Positions 1 through 12,869 of a stretch of 64,000 nt of DNA are shown here, one piece after another. A program made the position numbers and the translations under genes. The notes under the pieces were generated by a model. It did no database searches, was not told where the DNA came from, and saw only the letters and a program-made list of their open reading frames with translations. The stretch is from Buchnera aphidicola (Schlechtendalia peitan) (lineage in GTDB: Bacteria; Pseudomonadota; Gammaproteobacteria; Enterobacterales; Enterobacteriaceae): NCBI GenBank assembly GCA_039830055.1, contig CP140043.1, forward strand, positions 538,355 through 602,354, written 5' to 3'. Every line of letters starts with the position of its first letter. The first letter of the stretch is position 1.

Positions 1-11
1 CACTATAATAG

Positions 12-63
12 AATATAAAAAAAGAAATCAAGAAAAGAGCTAAATTATAATTTCTTTTCTTGA
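12..63 (-). terminator. Rho-independent terminator of the str operon, downstream of tuf
   Basis: Perfect 11-bp inverted repeat, 28-38 tcaagaaaaga pairing with 53-63 tcttttcttga, including 3 G-C pairs. It lies 37 nt past the tuf stop. On the minus strand it is followed immediately by TTTCTTTTTTTAT (complement of 15-27). Confidence 0.7.
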
Positions 64-100
64 CCTAAAATCTATAAAAACATTATACGTTTAATCAAAC

Positions 101-1285
101 TTAATTAATAACTTTTACTACAATTCCAGCTCCCACAGTTTTTCCACCCTCACGAATTGCAAAACGTAAACCCTCAGACATTGCAATAGGATGAATTAAT
201 GTAACAATCATTTTAATATTATCTCCTGGCATTACCATTTCTACTTCTTTCGGGAGCTCTACATACCCAGTAACATCTGTAGTGCGAAAGTAAAATTGTG
301 GTCTATATCCTTTAAAAAATGGTGTATGTCGACCTCCTTCTTCTTTAGATAACACATAAACTTCAGATTCAAATTTCATATGAGGAGTAATTGTTCCAGG
401 TTTTGCTAATACTTGACCTCTCTCAATATCATCGCGCTTGGTACCTCTTAATAATACCCCAACGTTCTCTCCAGCTCGGCCTTCATCCAATAATTTCCTA
501 AACATTTCCACACCAGTACATATAGTCTTAGAAGTAGATTTTATACCTACAATTTCTACTTCTTCTCCCACTTTTATTACACCTCTTTCCACTCGTCCAG
601 TCACTACCGTACCTCGACCTGATATAGAAAACACATCTTCTATAGGAAGCAAAAATGGTTGATCAATAGATCTTTCAGGTGTAGGAATATACGTATCTAA
701 TATATCAGCTAAATCAAGAATTTTCTTTTCCCATACATCATTTCCTTCTAATGCCTTTAAAGCAGAACCTCTTATAATTGGAGTCTTTTCACCAGGGAAA
801 TCATATTGAGTTAGTAAGTCTCTAACTTCCATTTCTACTAATTCAAGTAATTCTTCATCATCAACCATATCGCACTTATTTAAAAAAACAACAATATAAG
901 GAACCCCTACTTGTCTTCCTAGTAAAATATGCTCACGAGTCTGAGGCATAGGACCATCTGTAGCTGCTACTACTAAGATAGCACCATCCATTTGAGCAGC
1001 TCCAGTAATCATGTTTTTTATGTAATCAGCATGTCCAGGACAATCTACATGAGCATAATGTCTGATAGAAGTATCATATTCTACATGAGAAGTATTAATA
1101 GTAATTCCTCTTGCTTTTTCTTCTGGTGCATTATCTATCTGATCAAAAGCTCGAGCTGATCCCCCATATTTTTTTGCTAAAACAGTAGTTATAGCTGCTG
1201 TTAAAGTAGTTTTTCCATGATCTACATGACCGATAGTACCTACATTTATATGAGGTTTTAAACGCTTAAATTTTTCTTTAGACAC
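101..1285 (-). CDS. tuf: Elongation factor Tu
   Basis: 394-aa ORF with [14 protein letters not shown] and NKCD GTPase motifs, colinear with enterobacterial EF-Tu. It is the last gene in rpsL-rpsG-fusA-tuf order. Confidence 0.98.
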   Translation of the reverse strand: MSKEKFKRLKPHINVGTIGHVDHGKTTLTAAITTVLAKKYGGSARAFDQIDNAPEEKARGITINTSHVEYDTSIRHYAHVDCPGHADYIKNMITGAAQMDGAILVVAATDGPMPQTREHILLGRQVGVPYIVVFLNKCDMVDDEELLELVEMEVRDLLTQYDFPGEKTPIIRGSALKALEGNDVWEKKILDLADILDTYIPTPERSIDQPFLLPIEDVFSISGRGTVVTGRVERGVIKVGEEVEIVGIKSTSKTICTGVEMFRKLLDEGRAGENVGVLLRGTKRDDIERGQVLAKPGTITPHMKFESEVYVLSKEEGGRHTPFFKGYRPQFYFRTTDVTGYVELPKEVEMVMPGDNIKMIVTLIHPIAMSEGLRFAIREGGKTVGAGIVVKVIN

Positions 1286-1336
1286 AACTGTGTTTCCCTT
1301 TTAAAAAAAATATTTATAATAATATAAAAATTAAAA

Positions 1337-3448
1337 CTATCTACTTTCTCTTCTTTCAATAATAGAAGTAGCTACATTCTTTGGCGCTTCTAAATACTTT
1401 AAAAATTCCATGGAATAGGATGCACGACCCTGTGTTTGTGAACGTAAATCAGTAGCGTAACCAAACATTTCAGAAAGTGGTACTTTAGCTGAAATCACTT
1501 TTCCTACTAATAAATCTTTCATTCCTTCAATAGTTCCTCTTCTTCTATTTAAATCTCCTATTACATCACCCATATATTCTTCTGGAGTTTCTACTGAAAC
1601 TTTCATAATAGGTTCTAAAAGTACTGGAGTTGCTTGTTTAAAAGCATTTCTAAAAGCTATAGCAGCAGCTAATTTAAATGCAATTTCAGAAGAATCAACA
1701 TCATGATAGGATCCAAAATGTAACCGTACTTCAATATTAACAACAGGATAACCAGATAAAGGTCCACAATTCAATTGTTCTTGTATTCCTTTATCAATTG
1801 CAGAAATGTATTCTCCTGGAATTACTCCACCTTTAATGTCATTAACAAATTTATAATTTTCTTCATTAGATTTCAAAGGAGACAAATCAATTACAACATG
1901 TCCATATTGACCTCTTCCACCTGATTGTTTAATATATTTTCCTTCAACGTTTTTTATAATATTTCTAATAGTTTCACGATAAGCTACCTGGGGTTGACCT
2001 ACGTTTGCACTAACACTGAATTCTCTTTTCATTCGTTCAATAATTATTTCTAGATGTAGTTCTCCCATGCCAGAAATAATTGTTTGATTCGATTCTTTAT
2101 CTGTTCTTACCCGAAAAGAAGGATCTTCTTTTGCTAATCTACTTAAAGCGACACCCATTTTTTCTTGATCTACTTTAGTTTTTGGTTCAATTGCTATAGA
2201 AATCACTGGATCAGGAAAATCCATTTTTTCTAATATAATTACATTATTAAGATCGCATAAAGTATCACCTGTAGATACACTTTTTAAACCAATGGCAGCA
2301 GCTATATCACCAGCTCTCACTTCTTTAATTTCTTCCCTCTTGTTTGCATGCATTTGTACGATACGACCAAAACGTTCTTTTTGACGTTTAACTGAATTAA
2401 AAACCATATCTCCAGAATTCACTACACCAGAATAAACTCGAAAAAATGTTAAATTTCCCACAAATGGATCTGTAGCAATTTTAAATGCTAGTGCAGAAAA
2501 AGGTTCTTCATCATTGGAATAACGAACAATCGAATTATTTTCAAATTTTTTAGAAGATACTTGTACAGAGTTAATATCATTAGGAGAAGGTAAAAACTCA
2601 ACTATAGCATCTAAAAGAGCCTGTACTCCTTTATTTTTAAAAGCAGATCCACATGTAACAGGAATAATTTCATTATTTAATGCTCGTACGCGAAGAGCAA
2701 TTTTTACTTCTTGCTCTGAGATTTCTTGTCCCATTAAATATCTTTCCATTAATAATTCATCATTCTCTACAGCAGATTCAATAAGATTTTGATTCCATTT
2801 ATTAGATAATTCTTGTAAATGAACTGGAATATCTTCATACATAAAAGTTAATCCCTGATCCGAATTATTCCAATAAATTGCTTTCATCTTAATTAAATCA
2901 ATAACTCCTATAAAGTTATCTTCTGATCCAATTGCTAATTGAATAGGAACAGGATTAGCACCTAATTTTGTTCGTATTTGTTCAATAACATGAAAAAAAT
3001 CAGCACCCATGCGATCCATCTTATTTATAAAAGCGATTCTTGGAACATTATATTTATTTGCTTGTCTCCATACTGTTTCTGATTGCGGTTGCACTCCACC
3101 TACAGCACAATATACCATGACAACGCCATCTAAAACTCGCATAGATCTTTCAACTTCTATAGTAAAGTCAACATGTCCAGGAGTATCAATAATGTTTATT
3201 CTATGCGGTAAAAATTGCTTAGCCATTCCAGACCAAAAGGTAGTAGTCGCTGCAGAAGTTATAGTAATACCTCTTTCTTGTTCTTGTTCCATCCAATCCA
3301 TAGTAGCAGCGCCATCATGAACTTCACCAATTTTATGATTAACACCTGTATAAAATAAAATACGTTCAGTAGTAGTTGTTTTTCCAGCATCAATATGAGC
3401 ACTAATTCCTATATTTCGATATTGCATTATTGGTGTAGTACGTCCCAT
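1337..3448 (-). CDS. fusA: Elongation factor G
   Basis: 703-aa ORF with [17 protein letters not shown] and NKMD motifs, colinear with E. coli EF-G over its full length. Confidence 0.98.
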   Translation of the reverse strand: MGRTTPIMQYRNIGISAHIDAGKTTTTERILFYTGVNHKIGEVHDGAATMDWMEQEQERGITITSAATTTFWSGMAKQFLPHRINIIDTPGHVDFTIEVERSMRVLDGVVMVYCAVGGVQPQSETVWRQANKYNVPRIAFINKMDRMGADFFHVIEQIRTKLGANPVPIQLAIGSEDNFIGVIDLIKMKAIYWNNSDQGLTFMYEDIPVHLQELSNKWNQNLIESAVENDELLMERYLMGQEISEQEVKIALRVRALNNEIIPVTCGSAFKNKGVQALLDAIVEFLPSPNDINSVQVSSKKFENNSIVRYSNDEEPFSALAFKIATDPFVGNLTFFRVYSGVVNSGDMVFNSVKRQKERFGRIVQMHANKREEIKEVRAGDIAAAIGLKSVSTGDTLCDLNNVIILEKMDFPDPVISIAIEPKTKVDQEKMGVALSRLAKEDPSFRVRTDKESNQTIISGMGELHLEIIIERMKREFSVSANVGQPQVAYRETIRNIIKNVEGKYIKQSGGRGQYGHVVIDLSPLKSNEENYKFVNDIKGGVIPGEYISAIDKGIQEQLNCGPLSGYPVVNIEVRLHFGSYHDVDSSEIAFKLAAAIAFRNAFKQATPVLLEPIMKVSVETPEEYMGDVIGDLNRRRGTIEGMKDLLVGKVISAKVPLSEMFGYATDLRSQTQGRASYSMEFLKYLEAPKNVATSIIERRESR

Positions 3449-3547
3449 TATATTCCTCTAATTTTAAATCTATATATAATAAGTTCTTTACATGTACATT
3501 AACACTAATTGTAATAAACTTATTTCAATCTAAATAAATATCACTTA

Positions 3548-4018
3548 TTACCAACGATAGTGTGCAAAAGCCTTATTAGCTTCTGCCATACGATGAACTT
3601 CTTCACGTTTTTTTACAGCAGCTCCTCGACGTTCTATTGCGTCTAATAACTCACTTGATAATCTTAAAGACATTGATTTATCAGTTCTTTTTCTAGCAGC
3701 ATCTACTATCCATCTCATCGCTAAAGCATGTCTTCGAACTAAACGTACTTCTACTGGAACTTGATATGTTGAACCTCCAACACGACGAGATTTTACTTCA
3801 ACAGTTGGTCGCACATTCTCCAATGCTAACTCAAATGCCTCTAATTCTTTTTTTTTAGTACGTTGAGATAAAGTTTGCAATGCACTATATACTATTTCTT
3901 CAGCAATTGATTTCTTTCCATGAACCATGATTATATTAATGAATTTTGCAACAATATCAGATGAAAATTTAGGATCCGATAAAATTTTTCGATGTCCAAT
4001 AACACGACGTCTTGGCAT
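3548..4018 (-). CDS. rpsG: 30S ribosomal protein S7
   Basis: The ORF-track start at 4051 is an upstream extension. [11 protein letters not shown], starting at 4018, matches the S7 N-terminus, and the gene sits in its str operon position. Confidence 0.95.
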   Translation of the reverse strand: MPRRRVIGHRKILSDPKFSSDIVAKFINIIMVHGKKSIAEEIVYSALQTLSQRTKKKELEAFELALENVRPTVEVKSRRVGGSTYQVPVEVRLVRRHALAMRWIVDAARKRTDKSMSLRLSSELLDAIERRGAAVKKREEVHRMAEANKAFAHYRW

Positions 4019-4121
4019 AATGTACTCCATAAACGCTAATTTAAAATGCAATTCACTCTCTTTTTTAACTATGGATTTCTCATCATTTATCTATCACATC
4101 CGAAAATACATTTTATTCATA

Positions 4122-4493
4122 TCATTTTTGTTTTTTAACACCATATTTAGAACGACTCTGTTTTCTATCTTTAACACCAGAACAATCTAATGCTCCTCGT
4201 ACTACATGATAACGCACTCCAGGCAAATCCTTTACCCGTCCTCCTCGAATTAAAATTACTGAATGTTCTTGTAAATTATGTCCTTCTCCACCAATATATG
4301 CAGTTACTTCAAAACCATTAGTTAAACGTACTCTACAAACTTTACGTAATGCAGAATTAGGTTTTTTAGGAGTAGTCGTATATACCCTGATACATACACC
4401 TCTCTTTTGAGGACATTTATTTAAAGCTGGAACATTACTTTTTAATATTTTATTTAATCGAGGTTTTCGAACTAACTGATTAATTGTAGTCAT
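4122..4493 (-). CDS. rpsL: 30S ribosomal protein S12
   Basis: 123-aa ORF starting [12 protein letters not shown] and containing [10 protein letters not shown]; near-identical to E. coli S12. Confidence 0.98.
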   Translation of the reverse strand: MTTINQLVRKPRLNKILKSNVPALNKCPQKRGVCIRVYTTTPKKPNSALRKVCRVRLTNGFEVTAYIGGEGHNLQEHSVILIRGGRVKDLPGVRYHVVRGALDCSGVKDRKQSRSKYGVKKQK

Positions 4494-4591
4494 AAAAAAC
4501 CTATGTTTATTAAAATATTTATATAAAAAAACTAATATATGATATCATTCAAATAATCTTTAAATTTAATAAACATTTATTAGATCAAATT

Positions 4592-4879
4592 TTACCAAGA
4601 TATTTGTTTTTTATGTTTTTCTGTTAGAAGAACGAATTGCACATAATCTATAATATTCACTTTATCAGATATTTTTTTTTGAATTCCACGGGCATAAATA
4701 TCTTGCTTTATAGCATATATTTGTATTGGAATAGATAACAAATTTTTAATAAAAATATTATCATCTATTGTAATTATTACACTATCTTGTAATGTAACTA
4801 AATCATCATTAGATTTCAAAAAATTTGTTAATAATAGCATATCCATTTGAAAAGGAGAACGCATTAAAATATGCAACAT
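4592..4879 (-). CDS. tusB: tRNA 2-thiouridine sulfur relay protein TusB (DsrH family)
   Basis: 95 aa, starting MLHILMRSPF and ending ISW, colinear with E. coli TusB (YheL). It sits between rpsL and tusC as in E. coli. Confidence 0.9.
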   Translation of the reverse strand: MLHILMRSPFQMDMLLLTNFLKSNDDLVTLQDSVIITIDDNIFIKNLLSIPIQIYAIKQDIYARGIQKKISDKVNIIDYVQFVLLTEKHKKQISW

Positions 4880-4890
4880 ATTTCTATCCC

Positions 4891-5250
4891 TTAATAATTA
4901 ATAACTAAATCATATTTATCAATCTCTTTTAGTATATTCTTTCTATCTATAATAAAAACTTTTAAAAAAAGATCACATTTATTCAGCAATCCACGTTCTA
5001 TTAAAGAATCTTTACAATAATATAGTTTATTAATATCAAAAAAAGGAAGCATTCCAAAAGATAATGCATAATTACGTGATAAAATATATTTAGGATGCTG
5101 AAATTTCATCAATTGAAATACACCATCACCAATAAAAAAAACAGCAATATTCTGATTAATCATAGAAATTGACAAAACAGAATCTAATCCTTCTCGACTT
5201 ATACTAGTACCATGAGGCACGCGAGAAAAAATAAACGCTATACTTTTCAT
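4891..5250 (-). CDS. tusC: Sulfur relay protein TusC (DsrF family)
   Basis: MKSIAFIFSRVPHG aligns with the E. coli TusC N-terminus MKRIAFVFSTAPHG. The track start at 5262 is a GTG extension; the ATG at 5250 is preferred. Confidence 0.88.
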   Translation of the reverse strand: MKSIAFIFSRVPHGTSISREGLDSVLSISMINQNIAVFFIGDGVFQLMKFQHPKYILSRNYALSFGMLPFFDINKLYYCKDSLIERGLLNKCDLFLKVFIIDRKNILKEIDKYDLVINY

Positions 5251-5261
5251 ATCGTTAATCA

Positions 5262-5648
5262 CTAAAATTGTATAACACGATCACTTTTTTCTATATATTT
5301 TCCTAATTCACTTAATCCAGAAAAAGAAAACACAGATTCAGAAGTATTCATATCTTGTAAATATTTATTATGCACTCTTTTGTTTAAAATCCCTCTTCTA
5401 TATGCAGCACTAACGCATACATTTAACTTTACAGAACATATTTGACATAAATGCACCCACTTTTTAAATAAATTACATTCATCAGAGGGAAAAGAAATTA
5501 ATTTATTAGCATTTAATACCCCATCACAATAAAAAAAAATACTTAATAATTCATTTTTACTAACTATAACAGCACGAGAAAATAAAAACGCAGTACTAGA
5601 ATTTTGAGTACCATAAGGAGGACCAGAAACTAAAAGTGTATACTTCAT
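5262..5648 (-). CDS. tusD: Sulfurtransferase TusD (DsrE family)
   Basis: 128 aa starting MKYTLLVSGPPYG, typical of the DsrE/TusD fold. tusD-tusC-tusB order is conserved. Confidence 0.9.
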   Translation of the reverse strand: MKYTLLVSGPPYGTQNSSTAFLFSRAVIVSKNELLSIFFYCDGVLNANKLISFPSDECNLFKKWVHLCQICSVKLNVCVSAAYRRGILNKRVHNKYLQDMNTSESVFSFSGLSELGKYIEKSDRVIQF

Positions 5649-5704
5649 CTCTTGTTCATATTTTATTTAAAAAAATTATATTATATAACTAAACATTAAT
5701 TACC

Positions 5705-6472
5705 CTATTTAGAATTGGATTTGACATTAATTAGTTCTATATCAAATATCAAAGTAGAATTACCCGGTATTCCAACAATTCCTTTTGATCCATATGCTAA
5801 AGACGGTGGGATAATTAGTTTAATACGTCCACCTTTCTTTATATATTGTAATCCTTCTTGCCACCCTAAAATTACACTATTTAAAGAAAACGAAAATGGC
5901 TTTCCTCTTTTATAAGAATTGTCGAATTCATGACCATTAATTAATGATCCAATATAATTAACAGTAACAATATCATTTATACTTGGACGTAATCCTTCTC
6001 CTTCCCGTTCTACAATAAACACTAAACCTGTATGTGAACGTTTTGTGTTCTTTTGAGATAAAATATTTTTAATATATTTTTCTCCCTGAATAGCATTAAT
6101 TTCTATTTCTTTATTAGTTATATTTTTTTCTAAATTTAATAATTTCTGTTCTAACTGATTTAATATTTGAGAAATTTTTTTAGAAGATAATTTAGATTTA
6201 AATAAGATAGAATCTTTTATTCCAAATAATAAAACATCTTTATTCAAATAAACTCCTAATTTATTTTGATCTACAAAAAAACTATTAATATAATTTCCTA
6301 AAGATACACCTAACGCATAAGACCATTGATCACGTTCATCTTTAAAAGTTTCATTAATAGATACATTTGAAAAAGACGAATTTACTTTAGAAGTTACCTC
6401 TTTAGAAAATACAACAAAAGATAATAACGAAATATTTAATATTACTATTCCTTTAATTAACCATGAAAACAT
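5705..6472 (-). CDS. fkpA: FKBP-type peptidyl-prolyl isomerase FkpA, periplasmic
   Basis: 255 aa with a hydrophobic signal-like N-terminus, a helical dimerisation region and a C-terminal FKBP domain (VTVNYIGSLINGHEFDNSY, LIFDIEL). Synteny places it after tusBCD. Confidence 0.92.
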   Translation of the reverse strand: MFSWLIKGIVILNISLLSFVVFSKEVTSKVNSSFSNVSINETFKDERDQWSYALGVSLGNYINSFFVDQNKLGVYLNKDVLLFGIKDSILFKSKLSSKKISQILNQLEQKLLNLEKNITNKEIEINAIQGEKYIKNILSQKNTKRSHTGLVFIVEREGEGLRPSINDIVTVNYIGSLINGHEFDNSYKRGKPFSFSLNSVILGWQEGLQYIKKGGRIKLIIPPSLAYGSKGIVGIPGNSTLIFDIELINVKSNSK

Positions 6473-7065
6473 TATTGCTCCAAAAATTAAAACATTATTT
6501 TAATGTATAATTTATTATTGTTTTTTAAAATTTCTTATAATATTTTATTTATTATAAAACATTTATAATTAGTAATTATAAAACTATATAAATAAAAAAA
6601 ATAAAAATTTTAAATACTAAGTAATAGTATAAAAACTTGAAATAACAATATAAGAATAAAAAAATACATAAAATATAACATATATAAATTCATTAAAACA
6701 ATAATTTACTATTTTAAAAAATTTTTATATGAATACTATGTTAAATACTTAAAACTTTATATGAATACAAAAGCTATATAAAATATACAAATACTTATAA
6801 ATAAATTTAAGTATATTTAAAAATATTAAATAAAATATATAAAATCATTCATTACATATTTTCCAATATTTATCATATTTTTAAACATATATATTATAAT
6901 ATATATTTAAAATTTTTGTAAAATATAAAAATATTATCTTACATTATACAAAATAAAAAGATTAACTATTTTATTTTTATAAAATAGAATAGTATTTTTG
7001 CATTTTCTATAATATAAATATAGCATCATTTTTATACTATATGGAAATTTATTCATAAAATTAAT

Positions 7066-8247
7066 ATGATGTACAGGAAATTTAACATAATGAAAAATAA
7101 CACTATTGGATTGACTAGTATTAGTTTTTGTTCTTATGCTTTAACCGGGGCACTTATTGTTGTTACTGGTATAATTCTAGGAAAAGTATCTGAATATTTC
7201 CATACATCTATTGTAAATATCAGTAATACTTTTACATTTTTAAATGCTGGAATTTTAATGTCTATTTTTTTAAATTCATGGATTACAGACATTGTAACAT
7301 TAAAAAAACAATTAATATCAGGATTCATATTAACCATAATAGCTATATGGATACTTATGTTTTACCATACACTTATACTTTTTTCTATAAGTATATTTAT
7401 GCTAGGCATAGTAAGTGGAATAACTATGTCCATAGGAACTTTTTTAATTACTCATTTGTATACCGGAAGTAAAAGAGCTTCTATATTATTATTAACTGAC
7501 TCGTGTTTTAGCATGTCGGGTATTATATTTCCAATTATTTCAACATTTTTGATTTCAAATAATATTTTATGGTATTGGATCTATCCATTAATAGGTATAC
7601 TTTATTTAGTTATATTTATGTTAACATTAAATTTAGAATTTCCTAAATTGATATGTCGAAAAACTTATCATAATAAAACATTACAAAAATGGAATATCTC
7701 TATTGCTTTTCTATCAATATCAGCGTTATTATACATATTAGGACAATTAAGTTTTATTTCGTGGATTCCAGAATACATGATGAAATCTATTAATTTGAAT
7801 ATTACTCAAGCTGGAAGACTAGTAAGTAATTTTTGGATGTCTTATATGATAGGAATGTGGACTTTTAGTTTTATATTAAAATATTTTAACTTAAAAAATA
7901 TTATGATATATCTAACAGGGATTTCAACACTACTAATGTGCATGTTTAATAATGTCCATAATTATATTCTTCTCACATTGCTAATAATTCTATTAGGATT
8001 TTTTTCTAGTGCTATTTATACTATTATAATTACACTTGCTTCACAACAAACCAAAATACCATCCCCGAAAATTATTAATTTTATTTTAACTAGTGGTACT
8101 ATCGGTACCTTGCTAACTTTTATTATAACAGGACCTATTGTTAAAAATTATGGATTTATTTCAGCTCTAATAACATCTAATGTGCTATATGGAATAGTAT
8201 TTATAATATCTATATTACTAAAAATAATGAACAAAAAAACATATTAA
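7066..8247 (+). CDS. tsgA: MFS transporter TsgA
   Basis: 12-TM-like ORF colinear with E. coli TsgA ([41 protein letters not shown]). By alignment the true start may be the ATG at 7090 (MKNNTIGL). Confidence 0.88.
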   Translation: MMYRKFNIMKNNTIGLTSISFCSYALTGALIVVTGIILGKVSEYFHTSIVNISNTFTFLNAGILMSIFLNSWITDIVTLKKQLISGFILTIIAIWILMFYHTLILFSISIFMLGIVSGITMSIGTFLITHLYTGSKRASILLLTDSCFSMSGIIFPIISTFLISNNILWYWIYPLIGILYLVIFMLTLNLEFPKLICRKTYHNKTLQKWNISIAFLSISALLYILGQLSFISWIPEYMMKSINLNITQAGRLVSNFWMSYMIGMWTFSFILKYFNLKNIMIYLTGISTLLMCMFNNVHNYILLTLLIILLGFFSSAIYTIIITLASQQTKIPSPKIINFILTSGTIGTLLTFIITGPIVKNYGFISALITSNVLYGIVFIISILLKIMNKKTY

Positions 8248-9263
8248 ATAAATCCTATCGCTTTTTTAACTTTCATCAACATATTTTCTGCTCTAACACA
8301 TGCCCTAGATGCACCATAATGCAATATTTTCTCTAAATAATCTTCATTTTTTCTATAATAAAAATATGAAGATTGTATTTTTTGTACTATATCAGATATG
8401 ACTTCAATTATATTCAATTTAAAACATTGGTATGACTGTCTAAAAAACTCCACTTCTAAATCAGAAATAGTTTTATTAGTTAAACTAGAAAGAATATTTA
8501 ATAAGTTTGATATACCTTTTTTATTGATTACATCGTATCGAATACTAGGTGGATTATCTGAATCAGTAACAGCAGATTTTATCTTTTGTGCAATACTATC
8601 AATGTCTTCTAATAAAAAAATAACGCTATTTTTATTAGAATCAGATTTAGACATTTTTTTATCTGGATTTAATAATGATAAAATATTACAACTACGCTGT
8701 TCCATATATTGAATTGGAATAGAAAATATATTTCCATAGCATGAATTAAATCGCCGAGCAATATTACAAACTAATTCCAAATGTTGTATTTGATCATATC
8801 CGATAGGAACAATATTAGTATTGTATAATAAAATATCAGATGCCATTAAAATTGGATAATTTAACAATCCAGAATTAATATTCTTGGAATTACTGATAGA
8901 TTTACTCTTAAATTGAGTCATCCTTGATAATTCCCCAAAATAAGTATAACATGTTAATAACCAATTTAACTGCGCATGTTGATGAACATGAGATTGAAGA
9001 AAAATAATATTTTTATATGGATCAATACCACATGCTAAATATAAAGAAATAGTATCTAAAATATTCTTGCGTAGTTCTATAGATGAATGACGTGTAGTAA
9101 TAGCATGTAAATCAGCAATACAATATAAACATGTATAACTGTTTTGCATTTTAATCCACTGACAAATTGCACCAATATAGTTTCCTATAGTCAACTGACC
9201 AGATGGTTGTATAGCACTAAATAAAATCTTTTTAAAATGGTTCACTATATCAATTCCAAACAA
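8244..9263 (-). CDS. trpS: Tryptophan--tRNA ligase
   Basis: [13 protein letters not shown] (HIGH region) and KMSKS motifs, colinear with E. coli TrpS. There is no in-frame ATG upstream of the HIGH region, so the start must be TTG at 9263 or GTG at 9245. Confidence 0.95.
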   Translation of the reverse strand: MFGIDIVNHFKKILFSAIQPSGQLTIGNYIGAICQWIKMQNSYTCLYCIADLHAITTRHSSIELRKNILDTISLYLACGIDPYKNIIFLQSHVHQHAQLNWLLTCYTYFGELSRMTQFKSKSISNSKNINSGLLNYPILMASDILLYNTNIVPIGYDQIQHLELVCNIARRFNSCYGNIFSIPIQYMEQRSCNILSLLNPDKKMSKSDSNKNSVIFLLEDIDSIAQKIKSAVTDSDNPPSIRYDVINKKGISNLLNILSSLTNKTISDLEVEFFRQSYQCFKLNIIEVISDIVQKIQSSYFYYRKNEDYLEKILHYGASRACVRAENMLMKVKKAIGFI

Positions 9264-9315
9264 AAAAAATTAAACACTAATTTAAACAACTATATATTTT
9301 AATACTATAAAATTT

Positions 9316-9978
9316 TTAATTTAATTCACTGCGCATATTTTTAATAGTTTTTTTATAATTCTTTGATTTAAAAATAGCTGATCCAATAACAAAAATATTT
9401 ACTCCATAAGACGCAATTTGTCTAATATTTTTTAAATTTATACCTCCATCAACTTCTAAAAGAATATTTGGATTAATATCATTTATTAGCTTTCTAACCT
9501 CTAACAGTTTTTTAAAAGTACTTGGTATAAACTCTTGTCCTGAAAATCCAGGATTCACTGACATTAACAATATTACATCCAATTTTTCAATAACATATTC
9601 TAAAACATGCAAGGAAGTAGCAGGATTAATACCTAACCCAACTTTACAACCACAACTTTTAATTAAATTTAAAGATCTATCTAAATGATTAGTTGATTCA
9701 GGATGAATAGTAATAAAATCAGCTCCTGATTTTGAAAATTGAACAATTAAATCATCTACTGGAGAAACCATGAGATGAACATCAATAATCGACGATATTC
9801 CATTATTTCGAATAGATTTTAATACCATAGGACCGAAAGTTAAATTAGGAACATAATGATTATCCATAACATCAAAATGGATAATATCTCCTCCCGCTTC
9901 TAATACATCTTTAATTTCTTCGCCTATTTTAAAAAAATCTGCAGATAAAATAGAAGGTGCTAACCATAAAGTTTTCAT
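9316..9978 (-). CDS. rpe: Ribulose-phosphate 3-epimerase
   Basis: 220 aa with APSILSADF, HFDVMDNHYVPNLTFG and VDGG motifs. It is adjacent to trpS as in the E. coli dam-rpe-gph-trpS region. Confidence 0.95.
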   Translation of the reverse strand: MKTLWLAPSILSADFFKIGEEIKDVLEAGGDIIHFDVMDNHYVPNLTFGPMVLKSIRNNGISSIIDVHLMVSPVDDLIVQFSKSGADFITIHPESTNHLDRSLNLIKSCGCKVGLGINPATSLHVLEYVIEKLDVILLMSVNPGFSGQEFIPSTFKKLLEVRKLINDINPNILLEVDGGINLKNIRQIASYGVNIFVIGSAIFKSKNYKKTIKNMRSELN

Positions 9979-10406
9979 TTCTCTTCCTAAAGAATTTTAT
10001 TTAACACAAAAACTATGACATTAAATATTTTTTAACAAAATTTATTTTAATAAATATAAAACGTAATAATTTATTAATCACTATATTAGTATATAAATCA
10101 TATTTCGTTAAAAGTATAATATTTAATGTAATTAAATTATGAAAAATTTTAAAAAATATTAATTCTTATATTTTGATACTAAATATATGAAAACCATACT
10201 TCAAGAATGTTTTAAAATGCAAGTTATATATACAAAAATCCTGTTAATATGAATACGTTATTAGTAAACGTTTCTATTCACTTTTTAAATAAAATGTCTA
10301 CATTAATCTTATTAAAAAATTACATACAAACACATTGTTACACTTAATATAAAATTTTATTAAAATAACTAACATATACCAAATAAAATTTTTAATATAC
10401 TTATAT

Positions 10407-11492
10407 TTATTTACAATTTTCTATAGCTAATTCTAATGTACTTTTTTTTACATCAGAATAAATTACTGCTTTTCCTATAGAAACAGGTAATATTAATCTT
10501 AATATACCTGAAAGAACTTTTTTATCTCTAAGAAAATTTTCAAAATAAGAAATAAAATTCATATTTTTTGGACCATGTGTGGGTAATCCTATTTTACTTA
10601 ATAAATTAACAATTCTATTTTTTTCAGATATACTTAATAAACCTAATATTACAGAAGTTTCAGATGCCATAACCATTCCAACAGATACTGCCTCTCCATG
10701 TAACCATTTTCCATATCCCAAATATGTTTCAATAGCGTGACCATAAGTATGACCAAGATTTAATAAAGCTCGATCATTATCTTCCCGCTCATCTTTTTCT
10801 ACTATTGTTTTTTTAATTTCACAACATTTTCGAACACAATAGGATAACTTTTTATGATCTAACATTAATACAGAATCAATATTCTCTTCTAACCAATTAA
10901 AAAAATCGCTATCAAAAATAATAGCATATTTTATAACTTCTGCCATACCAGATATTAACTGTTTCTTAGGTAATGTAGATAAATAATCCAGATTTATAAT
11001 AACTGAAACAGGTTGCCAAAACGAACCAATCATATTTTTTCCAAGAACATGATTTATAGAAGTTTTTCCACCAATAGAAGCATCAATTTGAGATAACAAT
11101 GTAGTCGGGATTTGTATAAATTTTATTCCACGTTGGTATATTGAAGCAACAAAACCTGTAATGTCACCAATAACTCCTCCTCCTAATGCTATTAAAATAG
11201 TATCTCGTCCATGTAAATTTTTTAATAATTTTGAAATAATATGTTCAATTGAATTTATATTTTTACTACATTCACCATCAGGCAAAATAGTGTAATCTAC
11301 CTGAACCTCTATTTTTTTTAAATAAGAACAAAGATCATTTCCCCAAATATTAAAAATTACATCGTTACTAATTAACATAATTTTATCGCCGGATTGTAAT
11401 GGAGATAAAATATTATCTAGTTCAAATAAAGATGGTCCAATATTAATATAATAAGTACAATGATTTAAAACTACTTTTATTCTCTGTAACAT
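10407..11492 (-). CDS. aroB: 3-dehydroquinate synthase
   Basis: 361 aa with GGGVIGDITGF, LNLGHTYGHAIE and HGEAV motifs. It lies downstream of aroK as in E. coli. Confidence 0.95.
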   Translation of the reverse strand: MLQRIKVVLNHCTYYINIGPSLFELDNILSPLQSGDKIMLISNDVIFNIWGNDLCSYLKKIEVQVDYTILPDGECSKNINSIEHIISKLLKNLHGRDTILIALGGGVIGDITGFVASIYQRGIKFIQIPTTLLSQIDASIGGKTSINHVLGKNMIGSFWQPVSVIINLDYLSTLPKKQLISGMAEVIKYAIIFDSDFFNWLEENIDSVLMLDHKKLSYCVRKCCEIKKTIVEKDEREDNDRALLNLGHTYGHAIETYLGYGKWLHGEAVSVGMVMASETSVILGLLSISEKNRIVNLLSKIGLPTHGPKNMNFISYFENFLRDKKVLSGILRLILPVSIGKAVIYSDVKKSTLELAIENCK

Positions 11493-11529
11493 TAATATGT
11501 CCTAAAATATTTTTTGTAAAATATACATT

Positions 11530-12054
11530 CTAAATTGTATCTAACAAATTAATAATGTGAAATACTACTGATTTAATACTTTTTTCACCCATTTTAACAA
11601 TAATATCTGCTATTTCTTTATATAAGTGGTTTCTTTCAATAGCTAATGATTCTAAAATATTTTTTATAGGCATATTACAAGTTTGTAATAAAGGTCTCTT
11701 TTTATCTTTTTTAGTTCTAGATAATTGTTGTTCTATAGTAGTTTCTAAATATACTACAATACCACGAGATGATAATTTGTTTCGAGTTTCTTTTGATTTA
11801 ATGGAACCTCCACCAGTAGCTAATACAATTCCATGTTTGTTTGTCAAATCACTAATAATTCGTTTCTCACGATTTCTAAATCCCAATTCACCTTCTACAT
11901 CAAATACCCAACTGATATCAGCACCAGTATTTTTTTCAATTTCTCGATCAGAATCATAAAATTCCATACTTAATTTTTGAGATAATTGACGACCAATAGT
12001 ACTCTTTCCAGCACCCATAGGTCCAATTAGAAAGATATTTCGTTTTTCTGCCAT
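11530..12054 (-). CDS. aroK: Shikimate kinase I
   Basis: [24 protein letters not shown] is almost identical to the E. coli AroK N-terminus. The track start at 12090 is a TTG extension; the ATG at 12054 is preferred. Confidence 0.95.
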   Translation of the reverse strand: MAEKRNIFLIGPMGAGKSTIGRQLSQKLSMEFYDSDREIEKNTGADISWVFDVEGELGFRNREKRIISDLTNKHGIVLATGGGSIKSKETRNKLSSRGIVVYLETTIEQQLSRTKKDKKRPLLQTCNMPIKNILESLAIERNHLYKEIADIIVKMGEKSIKSVVFHIINLLDTI

Positions 12055-12869
12055 TTTTTTAATATCATTAAAATAATTTGTTAGTAACAACCATACGCAG
12101 TTAATTTAACTGGAAGGAAATAAAGTTTAAAATTTTCTATTTCTCGAAAATAAATTATTAAAAAAACTAAAACAATAAAATCTAAATTAAATTATAAGAA
12201 TGTTACATTTGACTATAAAAAACATAATATAATCTATGTCTGATGAAATTCTTAGAAATATAGAATAAATAATTTATAAATAAATCTCTAAAAAATAACT
12301 ATGAATTTTAAAAATATTTAATTTAAAAAATGTTGTATGTATATTAAATATATCAAAAATAACACTTTTTTATTAAAAAAACATGTTTATGATATTTATG
12401 AAAAATATATTAACCTAATTCAAATTATTTTTAGTAAATTAAAATTATTGGTATAAAATATAGAACATACAATTTATGTAAAATTAGTTCTAAACATATA
12501 CTATCATCTTAAACTGTAAATAACTCCTTTTATAAAAAAATGCAAAACATTGAAAAATAATATAATATTAATGTTTAATAAAAAAAAATTTTATTTTTTC
12601 AAATCGTACATTTTAGAAATAAATTAGTGTAACACAATGTAATAGCTGTTTATTAAAATAAATTTTATGTTATATTCAAATAATAATGTACATAAAAATT
12701 CATTTGTTTTAGTTAAAAATACAATCTAAAATAGATTAATTTTATTCATTATCGAATGTAAAATTAATTAAAATATTTTTATTTTGTAATACTTATTATA
12801 TACTATGTTTTTATCCTATTAATAAAACAATATTAAAATTTCAATAATTACAATACTATAAAATATAAA

